DNA of 64,000 nucleotides from an uncultured Verrucomicrobiae bacterium (GTDB taxonomy: Bacteria; Verrucomicrobiota; Verrucomicrobiia; Chthoniobacterales; Chthoniobacteraceae), in contig CAWHEP010000001.1 in assembly GCA_963828525.1 (NCBI GenBank), positions 32,001 through 96,000 of the forward strand, given 5' to 3'. Both the position numbers and the translations under genes were made by a program. The notes beneath the pieces are model-generated. The model saw only the letters and a program-made list of their open reading frames with translations. It was not told the DNA's origin and did no database searches. The first letter of the stretch is position 1. Every line of letters begins with the position of its first letter. Below are positions 1 to 9,988 of this stretch, in pieces.

Positions 1-1
1 G

Positions 2-424
2 GTGGTGAAGATATTAAACGACCGCCACTGCACGAGCATGGATCCCGTGGAGACATCGCATAAGAAGGAGGAGATCTACTTGCGGTTGGTTTCGCGGATT
101 CAGCCGATCGAGCCGGTGGTGAGTTTTATGCGCCAGTTTCACGGGAAGAAGCCGATGGCGGTCGCCTCAGGCGGGAAGAGGGCGATAGTGACACACACGC
201 TGGAGGCCCTGGGCATCGCGGGGAAATTCGACGCGATTATCTGCGCGGAGGATTACGCGCGAGGCAAACCGGCGCCTGATCCGTTCCTGGTGGCTGCGCA
301 GCGTTTAAACGTGCCGCCTGAAAAGTGCCTTGTGTTTGAGGACACGCAGACCGGTATCGAGGCCGCGAAAGCGGCGGGAATGCAGTGGGTGCTGGTGCCG
401 ATGGTGGCGCGGGCGGCGCATTGA
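2..424 (+). CDS. HAD-family phosphatase (beta-phosphoglucomutase/CbbY-like), 5' end outside window
   Basis: Motifs AVASGG, GKPAPDPFL, CLVFEDTQTGIEAAKAAGM. Confidence 0.85.
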   Translation: MVKILNDRHCTSMDPVETSHKKEEIYLRLVSRIQPIEPVVSFMRQFHGKKPMAVASGGKRAIVTHTLEALGIAGKFDAIICAEDYARGKPAPDPFLVAAQRLNVPPEKCLVFEDTQTGIEAAKAAGMQWVLVPMVARAAH

Positions 425-1516
425 TCAGACGGGTAGATCGCGAGCGGCGGGCGCGGCGCGGATGTGAACATCACGCTGAGGGAAGGGCATCTCAATTCCG
501 GCTTCGCTCAGAACGCGGGCGATGGCAAAGTTAAGATCGCTTTTGAAGCGACGCGGGCGGTAGCTCATTTCCGCGCTCCAGACGACGAGTTCGAAGTTGA
601 AGGTGCTATCTCCGAAACCGTCGAAGAAGACTTGCGGCTCCGGGGTGGCAAGAGCGGCGGGATGGGCTTTTGCGACGGAGAGGAGAAGATCACGGACTTT
701 CGCGACATCGCTATCCTGCGCCACGCCAACAGGTATGCGAAAGCGCACGCTCGGGTCGCCATGGCTCCAATTGACGATCTTTTTCTCAATGAAGTAAGAG
801 TTGGGAACAATGATGGCAATGTTGTCATTCGTCATGATCGTGGTGCTCCTCATGCGAATGGAGCGAACCTGTCCGCCGACGCCATCGACCTCGACGCGGT
901 CCCCAAGTTTGATGGGGCGCTCCGCGAGGAGGACGAGGCCGCTGATGAAGTTGCTGGTGACATTCTGGAGACCAAAGCCGAGACCCACCCCAACCGCGCC
1001 CGCGAAAACGGTGAGAGTGGAGAGGTCCATGCCCGCGTTTTGCAAGGCAACGAGGATTCCGGCGACAAGGACGACATAGCCGAAAAACTGGGAGATGGTG
1101 TATTGCAGGGCGCCATCGATGCCGCTGCGCGCGAGGAAGCGATCCTTGAGGAACGTTTTGCCACTGGACGAAAGCCAGAAAACAATGGCGATGAGCAGAA
1201 GGAGCCGCAGCAGATGGCTGATGCTAAGGGAGATACCGGGTAGAGGTTCATTCCATGGGATTGGAAGGCCAGCAGCGTTGAGGCCAGCGCTCACAAACCC
1301 GAAGAAAACCGCAAGGCTCAGGAGAGTAGTAACGAAGGCGACAAAGCCTTCCTCAAGATGCAGCCTTTTAAGAAGGCCCCGCACCCGATCCGTCTGGAAG
1401 AGGCGCGAAAGGATGAGACCGCCAGAGAAGAAGCAGAAGAAGGCGATCAATCCCGCAAGGGAGAGATGATGTCCGAAGACAGCGTAGCGTTCTTCCAGGA
1501 AAAGGTCGGTTGTCAC
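425..1516 (-). CDS. Small-conductance mechanosensitive channel, MscS family
   Basis: N-terminal TM helices; GVGLGFGLQNVTSNFISG, ERPIKLGDRVEV, IIVPNS, PFPQRDVH. Confidence 0.92.
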   Translation of the reverse strand: MTTDLFLEERYAVFGHHLSLAGLIAFFCFFSGGLILSRLFQTDRVRGLLKRLHLEEGFVAFVTTLLSLAVFFGFVSAGLNAAGLPIPWNEPLPGISLSISHLLRLLLLIAIVFWLSSSGKTFLKDRFLARSGIDGALQYTISQFFGYVVLVAGILVALQNAGMDLSTLTVFAGAVGVGLGFGLQNVTSNFISGLVLLAERPIKLGDRVEVDGVGGQVRSIRMRSTTIMTNDNIAIIVPNSYFIEKKIVNWSHGDPSVRFRIPVGVAQDSDVAKVRDLLLSVAKAHPAALATPEPQVFFDGFGDSTFNFELVVWSAEMSYRPRRFKSDLNFAIARVLSEAGIEMPFPQRDVHIRAAPAARDLPV

Positions 1517-1642
1517 GTCCTAGAAGACGAGAATCGATGCCGAATAGGTTGTAGAAGGATGAGAACGAGAGCGCGGAGGCGGAAACCGGGTGGCATTGCG
1601 GAGATTCGGAAAGGGCTTCTTTAGCGAAGCGGAGCCGCTTGG

Positions 1643-2221
1643 TCAGGGAAGCTGTGGGACAGGCACGAAGCGAGCGGGGTCGTAGCCCTGCGCGGCGAGA
1701 CGTCGTAGAATGGCGTGGTAGGTTTCGTCTGGAAGCGTCTTCTCGCGAGCCATGATCCAGCCATAGTTGCGAGAGGGGTGGCCCACTACGGTCCATTGGT
1801 ACGCTGGGTCAAGGTCAAGAACCAGATACGGGACAGTTACCAAACCTCCAAGAAACTTCACCTTCCACTCGGCGTTGGTTTGCGGGTTGGTGACGTATGC
1901 CCGGGCGCGGAATGTTTTTTGGGGCGCTTTGAAGGAGTGGTTGCGGTAGGTGAACCAGTTTTCGATCACGCCATCGGGGCGAAGAGCGTAGCTCTCGATG
2001 CTGTCAACGGAGCCTTTTTCAGCAAAATAGGGGATGTTGGCGATCACCCGCCAGTCTCCCATGTAGCGGCCAAGATCGACATGCGACACGGGGCGCAGAG
2101 GAGGAAGCTTTGACTGGGCTTTCCGCCGGGATTCTGAACCGTATCCATAGATCGCGGCAGCCACGGTAAAGACGGCAAGGAGGGGCAATATGCTGCGGAC
2201 GGGGCGTTTCGCGGACATCAA
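1643..2221 (-). CDS. Bacterial lipocalin (Blc-like)
   Basis: VDLGRYMGDWRVIA motif; YQWTVVGHPSRNYGWIMAR; N-terminal hydrophobic anchor. Confidence 0.88.
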   Translation of the reverse strand: MMSAKRPVRSILPLLAVFTVAAAIYGYGSESRRKAQSKLPPLRPVSHVDLGRYMGDWRVIANIPYFAEKGSVDSIESYALRPDGVIENWFTYRNHSFKAPQKTFRARAYVTNPQTNAEWKVKFLGGLVTVPYLVLDLDPAYQWTVVGHPSRNYGWIMAREKTLPDETYHAILRRLAAQGYDPARFVPVPQLP

Positions 2222-2242
2222 GAAATTTGCTGGAAGACGTAC

Positions 2243-3082
2243 CTATAACGAGGCGAGCGCGTCTTTGGCTGCTTTTTTCTCGAAGTTATCATCGCGCTGG
2301 CGAACAGGAAGGGCGAGGCCCTTGTTAAGGGCTTCGCGGGCTTTCACTTTGTCGCCCATGGCAGCGTACGTGCGTCCGAGTTCTACCCAGTTTCCCGTCC
2401 GGCGCGGGTTAAGAGCAATAGCTTTTCGGAAGTATTTTAAGGCCTCTTCGTTGGACGCTGACGGTATGTCTCCGTACATCCACTTTGCGAGAGTTTTCAG
2501 GAAGGGATTGAGATTGGCGAATTGGTAGTTCCAGACGCCCAAGACGTGGTAAACGAGGTCGTTATCAGGAGCAAGGGCCAGGGCCTTGTCGGCATGCTCT
2601 TTGACGAACTTGGAGTAAGCGAGCTTGGTTTTGTTGTCGAGCAGCATGGCATTTCTGCCGTAGCAGATGGCGAGGCTGAGGTGGCCAAGCGCGTAACTAG
2701 GATCTGCGGCGACAGCGCGCTTTGCGTAGGCGATGCCCTTGTCGCCACAGGCTATCTTTTCGGTTTTGGAGTCAGTGTCATCCATGGACTCTGCATATTG
2801 CTTCGCGATCGCAGCGAGGACATGAGCGTCATCCGGTTGGAGTTTTTCCGCTTCGAGGTAGGCGGCGAGGGCTTCGCGCGTTTTAAGCTGAGAGTCCATC
2901 GCGTCACCCTTCTTTACGAGGTCGTTGAAGCCTTGGGGGTCGGAGGCTCGCGCGATGGTGGCGAGAAGAACAATCCCAAAACAAAGGCACATTACCGAAA
3001 GCAGCGGAACGCCAGAGCCGCGCGACCTTGAGTCAGTGGACGCGGTCCGTGGGGAACTGCGGGAGATGAGTGGCCGGTTCAA
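2243..3082 (-). CDS. Exported TPR protein resembling RMD1/FAM82 family; true start may be further downstream
   Basis: Signal-like segment ending ATIARA; TPR helices; HADKALALAP..YHVLGVWNY..PSASNEEALKYF pattern. Confidence 0.65.
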   Translation of the reverse strand: MNRPLISRSSPRTASTDSRSRGSGVPLLSVMCLCFGIVLLATIARASDPQGFNDLVKKGDAMDSQLKTREALAAYLEAEKLQPDDAHVLAAIAKQYAESMDDTDSKTEKIACGDKGIAYAKRAVAADPSYALGHLSLAICYGRNAMLLDNKTKLAYSKFVKEHADKALALAPDNDLVYHVLGVWNYQFANLNPFLKTLAKWMYGDIPSASNEEALKYFRKAIALNPRRTGNWVELGRTYAAMGDKVKAREALNKGLALPVRQRDDNFEKKAAKDALASL

Positions 3083-3888
3083 AGGCGCTCCTTGAAGAAC
3101 TTGGAAACCTCTCCTATCTGGGTCGGGGTAAGAGAGAACCCGTGGCCCGCGCCGTGGACGATTTCCAAACGCGCGCTCACGCCAGCCTCCTGAAGCTTCT
3201 GGGCGAGTTCATGACTTTGAGCAATCGGAACCAGCGTGTCTTTGTCTCCATGGATGATGAGAAACGGCGGCGCCGAGGAGGTGATATGGTTGACCGGGCT
3301 GCCCTCCCTGGCCAGCGAGAGTTTTTGATTTACCGAGCCGCCCAGAAGATCGGGTAGGAACCCGGAAGGGCGATCTTTGTTTGGGAAGCCCGTAAGATCA
3401 GTGGCAGGATAGATGGCGCAAACCGCGCGTATCCGAGGCGCGCGCTCTTCGATCCCTAACAGGGCAGCAAGGTGGCCTCCCGCTGAATCACCGGCGAGGA
3501 AGATGCGATGCGGATCGAGGTTGAATCGGGAGGTATTGCTTTGGAGCCACCGCAGGGCGGAGCGGCAATCATCGATCTGCGCCGGGTATTTCGCCATAGT
3601 GCTAAGTCGATACTCGACGGACGCCACAGCGAAGCCGTCGCGGGTGAGGTTCCTAAGGAAGAGTCGATACCCTTTGTTGCCGTACTTCCAGCCTCCGCCA
3701 TGAATCCATATGACCACGGGAAGGGGGCGCTGACTTGTGGGAGTGTATATGTCGAGCCGGAGTTTTCTGCCTTGGGGCGAGGCGTAAACCTGATCACGGT
3801 AGATTGTCTCGCCGCGAGGTGGAGGCGTTAGCGGGGCGCATCCGGCAAGAAGGAGGGCGCACAGCAGAAAGGTGGATCGCTTAAACAT
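3079..3888 (-). CDS. Alpha/beta hydrolase (esterase), putative lipoprotein
   Basis: HGGGW, GDSAGG nucleophile elbow, HGDKD, GHGF; lipobox LAGC after ATG at 3888. Confidence 0.88.
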   Translation of the reverse strand: MFKRSTFLLCALLLAGCAPLTPPPRGETIYRDQVYASPQGRKLRLDIYTPTSQRPLPVVIWIHGGGWKYGNKGYRLFLRNLTRDGFAVASVEYRLSTMAKYPAQIDDCRSALRWLQSNTSRFNLDPHRIFLAGDSAGGHLAALLGIEERAPRIRAVCAIYPATDLTGFPNKDRPSGFLPDLLGGSVNQKLSLAREGSPVNHITSSAPPFLIIHGDKDTLVPIAQSHELAQKLQEAGVSARLEIVHGAGHGFSLTPTQIGEVSKFFKERL

Positions 3889-4047
3889 CAGAAAGCCAGG
3901 CAGTCGACAAAGGAATCGCAAGACGCCCCCGGTCGCGCTTGAATATCTGTGAACAAGAGCGGATGTGAAGAAGCCAGACTTTGACAACAACCGTGTAAGT
4001 CGCCCGTGCTGCCAATGGAGCGCGCTCAAAAAAATCGGGGGGCTGAG

Positions 4048-4536
4048 TTACTGTCTTCGTTCGGACGACTGGACCGCGAAGGTGTTAATGACCACGTCGC
4101 GGACTTTTGACGCAGAGCAGACTTCCGACGTTTGCATGTCGATGTTGGAGTCGGGGCCGATCACAATCAGCGCAAAGGGATGTTTCCTGCCCGCAACGCC
4201 GTATTGGGCCGCGACCGCGGAGCCCGCGTTCACTTGCGCGATGGGGATGTCCGAGGGAAGCCGCGCGTATGCGCCATTCAGAAAGGCGGCGAAAAAGAGG
4301 ACTTTGCGCGAAGAGAAGTCCTGATAAAGCTCCTGAAGGTTTTTAACTTGTTTGCGGAACGCGCTGTCGTCCGGGGACGGGGCAATCAGGAGGACCACCG
4401 AATGGCCCTGCAGGCTCTTCATACTGGAAATACTGCTGCCGGCGGAATCCCAGGAAAAGGCGGGGGCGTGGCTGACAACGGCCGCGTTGGCGGCGGAAGC
4501 GGCAATCAGAAGAATGGCTGAAAATCGGGAGAGCAT
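4048..4536 (-). CDS. Exported hypothetical protein, possible thioredoxin-like fold (DUF4174-like)
   Basis: Signal peptide ending ANA; VVLLIAPSPDDSAFRKQ and FALIVIGPD segments. Confidence 0.45.
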   Translation of the reverse strand: MLSRFSAILLIAASAANAAVVSHAPAFSWDSAGSSISSMKSLQGHSVVLLIAPSPDDSAFRKQVKNLQELYQDFSSRKVLFFAAFLNGAYARLPSDIPIAQVNAGSAVAAQYGVAGRKHPFALIVIGPDSNIDMQTSEVCSASKVRDVVINTFAVQSSERRQ

Positions 4537-4546
4537 TGGGGGAGAC

Positions 4547-5107
4547 CTAGACTTTCATGATATCCGCTTCTTTGTGGGCTACGGCTTCATCGATCTTTTT
4601 AACGAACGAATCGGTAAGTTTCTGAACCTCGCTTTCGAGGTCGCGAAGGGCGTCCTCCGTCATGCTTCCTGCTTTCTCCAGTTTTTTCGCTTCGTCCATG
4701 CCTTCACGTCGGTGGGCGCGAATCCGCACACGCGCTTCCTCGGCCATTTGTTTGACAGCTTTGGCGAGATCTCTGCGGCGCTCCTCGGAGAGTTCAGGGA
4801 TGGGCAAACGAATAATTTTCCCATCGACGGCGGGATTGATGCCGATCTTGGATTCTTTGAGCGCGCGCTCGATGTCCTTGGTAGTGCTGGCGTCAAAAGG
4901 CTGAATCACCAAAAGGCGCGGTTCCGGAGTAGTGATGAGCGCAAGCTGTTTGAGCTTCATGTTCGCCCCGTAGGCCTGGACATCGATGTTCTCCACCAGA
5001 GCGGGGGAAGCTTTGCCAGTACGAACGGAGGCGAACTCATGTGACATGTAGTCGGCCGCCTTTTCCATGGTGGCCTCAGTATCCAGGAGTATCTCTTCGG
5101 GGCTCAT
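4547..5107 (-). CDS. frr: Ribosome recycling factor
   Basis: VRTGKASP, IRLPIPELSEERR; directly downstream of pyrH. Confidence 0.97.
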   Translation of the reverse strand: MSPEEILLDTEATMEKAADYMSHEFASVRTGKASPALVENIDVQAYGANMKLKQLALITTPEPRLLVIQPFDASTTKDIERALKESKIGINPAVDGKIIRLPIPELSEERRRDLAKAVKQMAEEARVRIRAHRREGMDEAKKLEKAGSMTEDALRDLESEVQKLTDSFVKKIDEAVAHKEADIMKV

Positions 5108-5164
5108 TTAGTTGTTTTCATTAAGAAGTTCCCGTCCTCTTAGACGGGAGGCAGCGGTGCCGGG

Positions 5165-5905
5165 TTACGATGCGTCCGAAGTGACGAGTGTGCCAACTTT
5201 TTCGCCGGAGACGGCGCGTTTGATGTTCTCGCGCTGCATCATATCGAAAACGATGATTGGGATGTTGTTGTCCATGCAGAGGCTGAAGGATGTGGAGTCC
5301 ATGACCTGCAAGCGCTTCGTGAGGGCTTCGGTATAACTGAGACGTTCGTATTTACGGGCCTTGGGGTTCTTTTTGGGATCGCAGTCGTAAATGCCATCGA
5401 CCTTGGTGGCTTTGAGGATCACCTGCGCCCCTATTTCGTTGGCGCGGAGAGCAGCGGTGGTGTCCGTGGAGAAGAAGGGGTTGCCGGTTCCCGCGACGAA
5501 GATGACGACGCGCCCTACTTCCAGATGCCGGACGGCCTTCCTGCGTATAAAAGGTTCGGCGACTTCCTTCATCTCAATGGCAGTCTGGACACGGGTGATT
5601 ACGCCGATCTGCTCAAGAGCGCTTTGAAGCGCCATCCCGTTGATTACGGTCGCGAGCATTCCCATATAATCCGCGGTTGTGCGCTCCATGCCTCGATGAC
5701 TGGCGGTGAGACCGCGCCAAATGTTACCGCCCCCAATGACGATGGCGATCTCAACACCCATCTCGTGGATCTCCCTGACCTGTTTTGCCAGGTCGCTGAC
5801 GATGGTAGGCGATATGACGTCCCCGCTGCCTGGTTCGCGAAGGGCTTCTCCGCTGAGCTTGAGAACAATGCGTTTGTAACGAGGCGAAGGAGATTTCTTT
5901 GGCAT
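5165..5905 (-). CDS. pyrH: Uridylate kinase
   Basis: [36 protein letters not shown]. Confidence 0.98.
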   Translation of the reverse strand: MPKKSPSPRYKRIVLKLSGEALREPGSGDVISPTIVSDLAKQVREIHEMGVEIAIVIGGGNIWRGLTASHRGMERTTADYMGMLATVINGMALQSALEQIGVITRVQTAIEMKEVAEPFIRRKAVRHLEVGRVVIFVAGTGNPFFSTDTTAALRANEIGAQVILKATKVDGIYDCDPKKNPKARKYERLSYTEALTKRLQVMDSTSFSLCMDNNIPIIVFDMMQRENIKRAVSGEKVGTLVTSDAS

Positions 5906-6053
5906 TTACCGCGCTATCAAAGCGCAAAGCGCGCCGTGTGAAAAGGTGGAAATTGGCGGCTGCGAGAGGGTGGCACGTGGAATGCTCGGAGACAGCGTGA
6001 CATCCGTACTGGTTACGCTGACGAATATTCTATACCCATAAGGATTCCCCCCT

Positions 6054-7193
6054 ATGAAGATTGAGCAGACAAGTTGGACGGAAGAGAAGGGTTGGTCGAA
6101 TTCCGGACCGGGACGGGCAGGAATATCTCCGCAGTTAGCCTTCCTTTTCGGCAACAAAGAGGTCTTGGGGAAAGAAAGCGTGGTGGGCCGTGTGCGGAGC
6201 GCTTATCCTGCCGCGCACTTCCTGGGCTGCTCCACAGCGGGGGAAATCTGCGGGACATCTGTGTGCGATGACGCGTTAGTGGTGACCGGGGTGGAATTCG
6301 CGGATACACAGTTGCAAGCAGTGGCAATCCATATAGGGGATCCTCGGGAGAGCTTCGAGGCTGGAGTACGGCTGGCGAGCATGTTAGGGCGAGAGGGGCT
6401 GATCCATGTATTCGTGCTTTCAGAGGGGCTGAACATAAACGGGAGTGAGCTTGTGAAAGGTATTACGGGCGCGCTGCCTCAAGGCGTTACCGTTACCGGG
6501 GGATTATCGGGAGACGGGACAAAGTTCAAAGAGACCTACGTGGTCCGCAACGACAGGCCCACGCGGGATACGATTGTCGCTATCGGATTTTATGGCAGCC
6601 GACTTAAGGTAGGATGCGGCTCATTAGGGGGTTGGGACATGTTCGGACCTGAAAGGGTGGTGACGCGCGCAAAGGCCAATGTATTGTACGAGCTGGATGG
6701 GAAATCGGCGCTGGAGCTCTACAAGACGTACTTGGGTGAGCATGCGAAGGGGCTGCCCGCCACAGGATTGCTCTTTCCTCTAAGCGTGAGGGTAAGCGCG
6801 AACGACTCAGGAGTGGTGCGGACGATCCTCGCCGTGAACGAGGAGGAGCAGAGCATGACTTTTGCGGGGGATATCGCGGAAGGCGCTTACGCGAGACTCA
6901 TGAAAGCGAATTTCGACCGTTTGATCGACGGAGCAGTGGGAGCAGCGCAGGCAAGCCACGAGGCGCTTGGGACGCGAGAGGCGGATCTCGCCATCATGAT
7001 TAGCTGCGTCGGTAGGCGGATGGTATTGCAGCAGCGGATCGAAGAGGAACTGGAGGGAGTGCGCGAGGTCGTTGGACAAAAAGCCTCCATGACGGGATTC
7101 TACTCGTATGGAGAAATTTCTCCATTCACACAAAATGCCAAGTGTGAATTACATAATCAGACGATGACAATCACAACGTTTTCTGAGGACTAA
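6054..7193 (+). CDS. FIST-domain sensory protein
   Basis: GCSTAGEI, GGLSGD, LYELDGKSALELY, SCVGRR, GFYSYGEI, LHNQTMT. Confidence 0.93.
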   Translation: MKIEQTSWTEEKGWSNSGPGRAGISPQLAFLFGNKEVLGKESVVGRVRSAYPAAHFLGCSTAGEICGTSVCDDALVVTGVEFADTQLQAVAIHIGDPRESFEAGVRLASMLGREGLIHVFVLSEGLNINGSELVKGITGALPQGVTVTGGLSGDGTKFKETYVVRNDRPTRDTIVAIGFYGSRLKVGCGSLGGWDMFGPERVVTRAKANVLYELDGKSALELYKTYLGEHAKGLPATGLLFPLSVRVSANDSGVVRTILAVNEEEQSMTFAGDIAEGAYARLMKANFDRLIDGAVGAAQASHEALGTREADLAIMISCVGRRMVLQQRIEEELEGVREVVGQKASMTGFYSYGEISPFTQNAKCELHNQTMTITTFSED

Positions 7194-7230
7194 ATGGACC
7201 GGGGCGGGATCTCATTCATGAAGAGCGCTG

Positions 7231-9070
7231 ATGACTAACCTGCTAACCCGGCAGATCCGAAAACACTTCGGGGACGCTTCGTCCATCCCGCCCGGATGGC
7301 AACAGTTTGTTGAAGCGGTGGATCGAGCGTACGCCCAAGCGGACGCGGATCGCGGGATGCTGGAAAGATCACTCGAGTTGAGTTCGGCGGAGCTGGTGGA
7401 GGCGAACGCGCAAATGCGCGCGTTTTTCCAACGGGCGCAGGCGGAGTTGGAAAGCCAGGTCGAGGCGCGGACGAGCGAACTGAGAGTGGCGAACGAGTCG
7501 CTGCTCAGAGAAGTAGCGGAGCGGCAGCGGGCGGAGGAAGCATTGGGGATTACGGAAGCCAAGTTTCGAACGCTGGTGGAGCAGATGCCAGCGGTGACCT
7601 ATCTGGCTGAGCTCGGGAAGCAGAGAATCTGGAAATACGTAAGCCCGCAGATCATCCCTCTACTGGGATATTCTCCGGACGAATGGACTGGCAACGCGAC
7701 GCTCGCGCTTGAAAGGATCCATGAAGAAGATCGTGATAAGCTGCTGGAAGAGGAAGCGCGATGCCGCGAGGAGCAGGCTCCGTTTGTTTGCGAATATCGC
7801 CTGATCTCGAGGGAGGGGCGCGTGGTCTGGTGCAGAGATCAGGCGATCGTTTTAAAGGACGGGAAGGAAGGCCATGTTTTGCTCCAAGGGGTGATGCTGG
7901 ACATCACAGAGCGGAAGGCGCTGGAAGATCAGTTGCGGCAATCGCTTAAACTTGAAGCAATCGGCCGTCTCGCGGGGGGCATCGCGCACGACTTCAATAA
8001 TATCCTGACAGCGATAATCGGCTACTCGTCGCTTGTGGCTGAGGAAGTGGGAGATAACGCCGAAGTCGCCGAGAACGTGAACGGGATACTCACCTCAACC
8101 GAGCGGGCAGCGTCGCTGACACGACAACTTCTTGCGTATAGCAGACGGCAGACATTGCTGCCTAAGGCATTCGATCTGAATGCGTTGATCATCAACATTA
8201 AGAGTATGCTGGGCAGGCTGATAGGCGAGAATATAGAACTTCAGACCGACACCGAAGGTGAGCTTTCCTGGGTTATGGCGGACCCCGGGCAGATCGAGCA
8301 AGTTCTTACGAACCTGGTGGTAAACGCGCGGGACGCAATGCCAGAAGGAGGAGTGATAAGCGTCTCGACAAGTCTTGCGAACATAGTGGCGCCCGGGCTC
8401 CAAGGGCCACCGGGTGAGTACGTTAAGATCGTGGTGCGCGACACTGGGGCAGGTATTTCCAAAGACGCGCTAACTCACTTGTTCGAACCTTTTTTCACCA
8501 CAAAAAGCCAGGGTAAAGGCACGGGTCTGGGTCTCGCGATGTGCTATGGGATCATCAAGCAGAGCGGCGGGCTTATTACGGTGGAGAGTGAAGCGGGACG
8601 CGGAGCCTCATTTACCATCCTCCTGCCCAGGGTGCAGCGGCGGGCAAATCTCGTCGCGCCTCTGAAGGCAAAGACCCCTGAGCTGCCGAGGGGTAGCGGA
8701 ACAGGTCCTCCTGGCGGAGGACGAAGCACCGGTAAGGGCGCTGACCGCGAGGCTATTGCGCAGCCTGGGATACGAGGTTTATACCGCGTGCGACGGGGCC
8801 GAGGCCTTGAGTGTCTTTGATGGTATCCCGGAGCACAAAATAGACCTGCTGCTCACCGACGTGATAATGCCGCAGATGGGGGGAAAAGAACTGGCGCAGG
8901 CGCTGCGAAGCCGGCAGCGAGATCTGAACGTGCTGTTTATCTCCGGCTATACCCGGGATGTCTTGGGAGAGTCAGACCTGACAGCAGCTAGCAACAGCTT
9001 TCTCCAGAAACCGTTTACGCCCGGAATTTTAGCGAATAAGGTGCGGGAATGCCTGCTCAAGGTTGGTTGA
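7231..9070 (+). CDS. PAS hybrid sensor histidine kinase/receiver; one-base frameshift near 8698 separates the receiver domain
   Basis: PAS/PAC; H-box GGIAHDFNN; NLVVNARDA; FFTTK..GTGLGL; shifted frame continues QVLLAEDE..LLTDVIMP..FLQKPF. Confidence 0.9.
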
Positions 9071-9974
9071 CGGCATCCATCACCGGGCGTTTCCGCCATG
9101 TCTCCATAGGGTGCTGAGAACGGCATTCCGGGCAAAGAGTAGAAGGAAATTGGGTGGAGCAGTGCGGGCAAATCGCTCCAGATGCAAACGTGTCGAATCG
9201 CTGGCGACAGGAATTGCAGACCCACCAGTCACCTTGAAGCGGGGAGATGCCGCAGGAGGGACAGGCGAAATCCGTGTGACGGGCAGCATCCTGGAACTTG
9301 GAGAGAGAAGTGGCCTCCCTCCAGCCAGCCCAACTTCTAGAGACCATGAATAGGGCTATGACGCCAAGCCAGGCGCTCCCGGTATAAAAGAAGGCGAAAG
9401 CCCCCAAAGCGACAGCGGCAACCACACCGATGGCAGCGGCAATCTTGAGGCTGCGCGCCCTGCCAAAAGGGAACCAAAGGAGCGCGCGGAGAATCTGGCC
9501 CCCGTCGAGAGGATAAGCTGGCATGAGGTTGAAAACCAGGAGGCCAAGATTGATCCGGTAGATGGTGTGAAGCAGGTGGTAAGCGTCAGGCGAGGAATAT
9601 TTCAAACCATTGGAGCCCGCGAGAAAGTCGATAAGCAAAAGAAGGGGCACCAGCGCGACATTCACCAGCGGCCCCGCGGCAATGCTCCAAAGGAGGGCGC
9701 CGGGGCGCGGGGGAGGGCTCACATAAGCGACCCCGCCCAAGGGCCAAAGCAGAATCCGATTTGCGGTGCCACCCACAGATCGACACGCGAGGGAGTGGCC
9801 GAACTCATGCATCAGAACGAGAAGAAAAAGGGCGAGATACTCCGCAATGTTCCAGACTAGTGAATGATAGTTTCTGGCGCGCTGGGAAATCTCGATAAAC
9901 GCCACGAACACCCATGCGAAGTGGAGATACACGTCTATGCCGAACAGCCGAAAAAGGCGGAATTGAGAACGCAT
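9057..9974 (-). CDS. Site-2 protease (M50) with C-terminal multi-Cys zinc-ribbon
   Basis: HEFGH, AGPLVN, NLMPAYPLDGG; four CxxC pairs at the C-terminus. Confidence 0.9.
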   Translation of the reverse strand: MRSQFRLFRLFGIDVYLHFAWVFVAFIEISQRARNYHSLVWNIAEYLALFLLVLMHEFGHSLACRSVGGTANRILLWPLGGVAYVSPPPRPGALLWSIAAGPLVNVALVPLLLLIDFLAGSNGLKYSSPDAYHLLHTIYRINLGLLVFNLMPAYPLDGGQILRALLWFPFGRARSLKIAAAIGVVAAVALGAFAFFYTGSAWLGVIALFMVSRSWAGWREATSLSKFQDAARHTDFACPSCGISPLQGDWWVCNSCRQRFDTFASGAICPHCSTQFPSTLCPECRSQHPMETWRKRPVMDAVNQP

Positions 9975-9988
9975 CGAGCGGCTTTCGG

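Noticed and set aside
8756..9070. Stand-alone response regulator
   Set aside because: Its N-terminal VLLAEDE lies upstream of the ORF start and joins the kinase with a one-base correction
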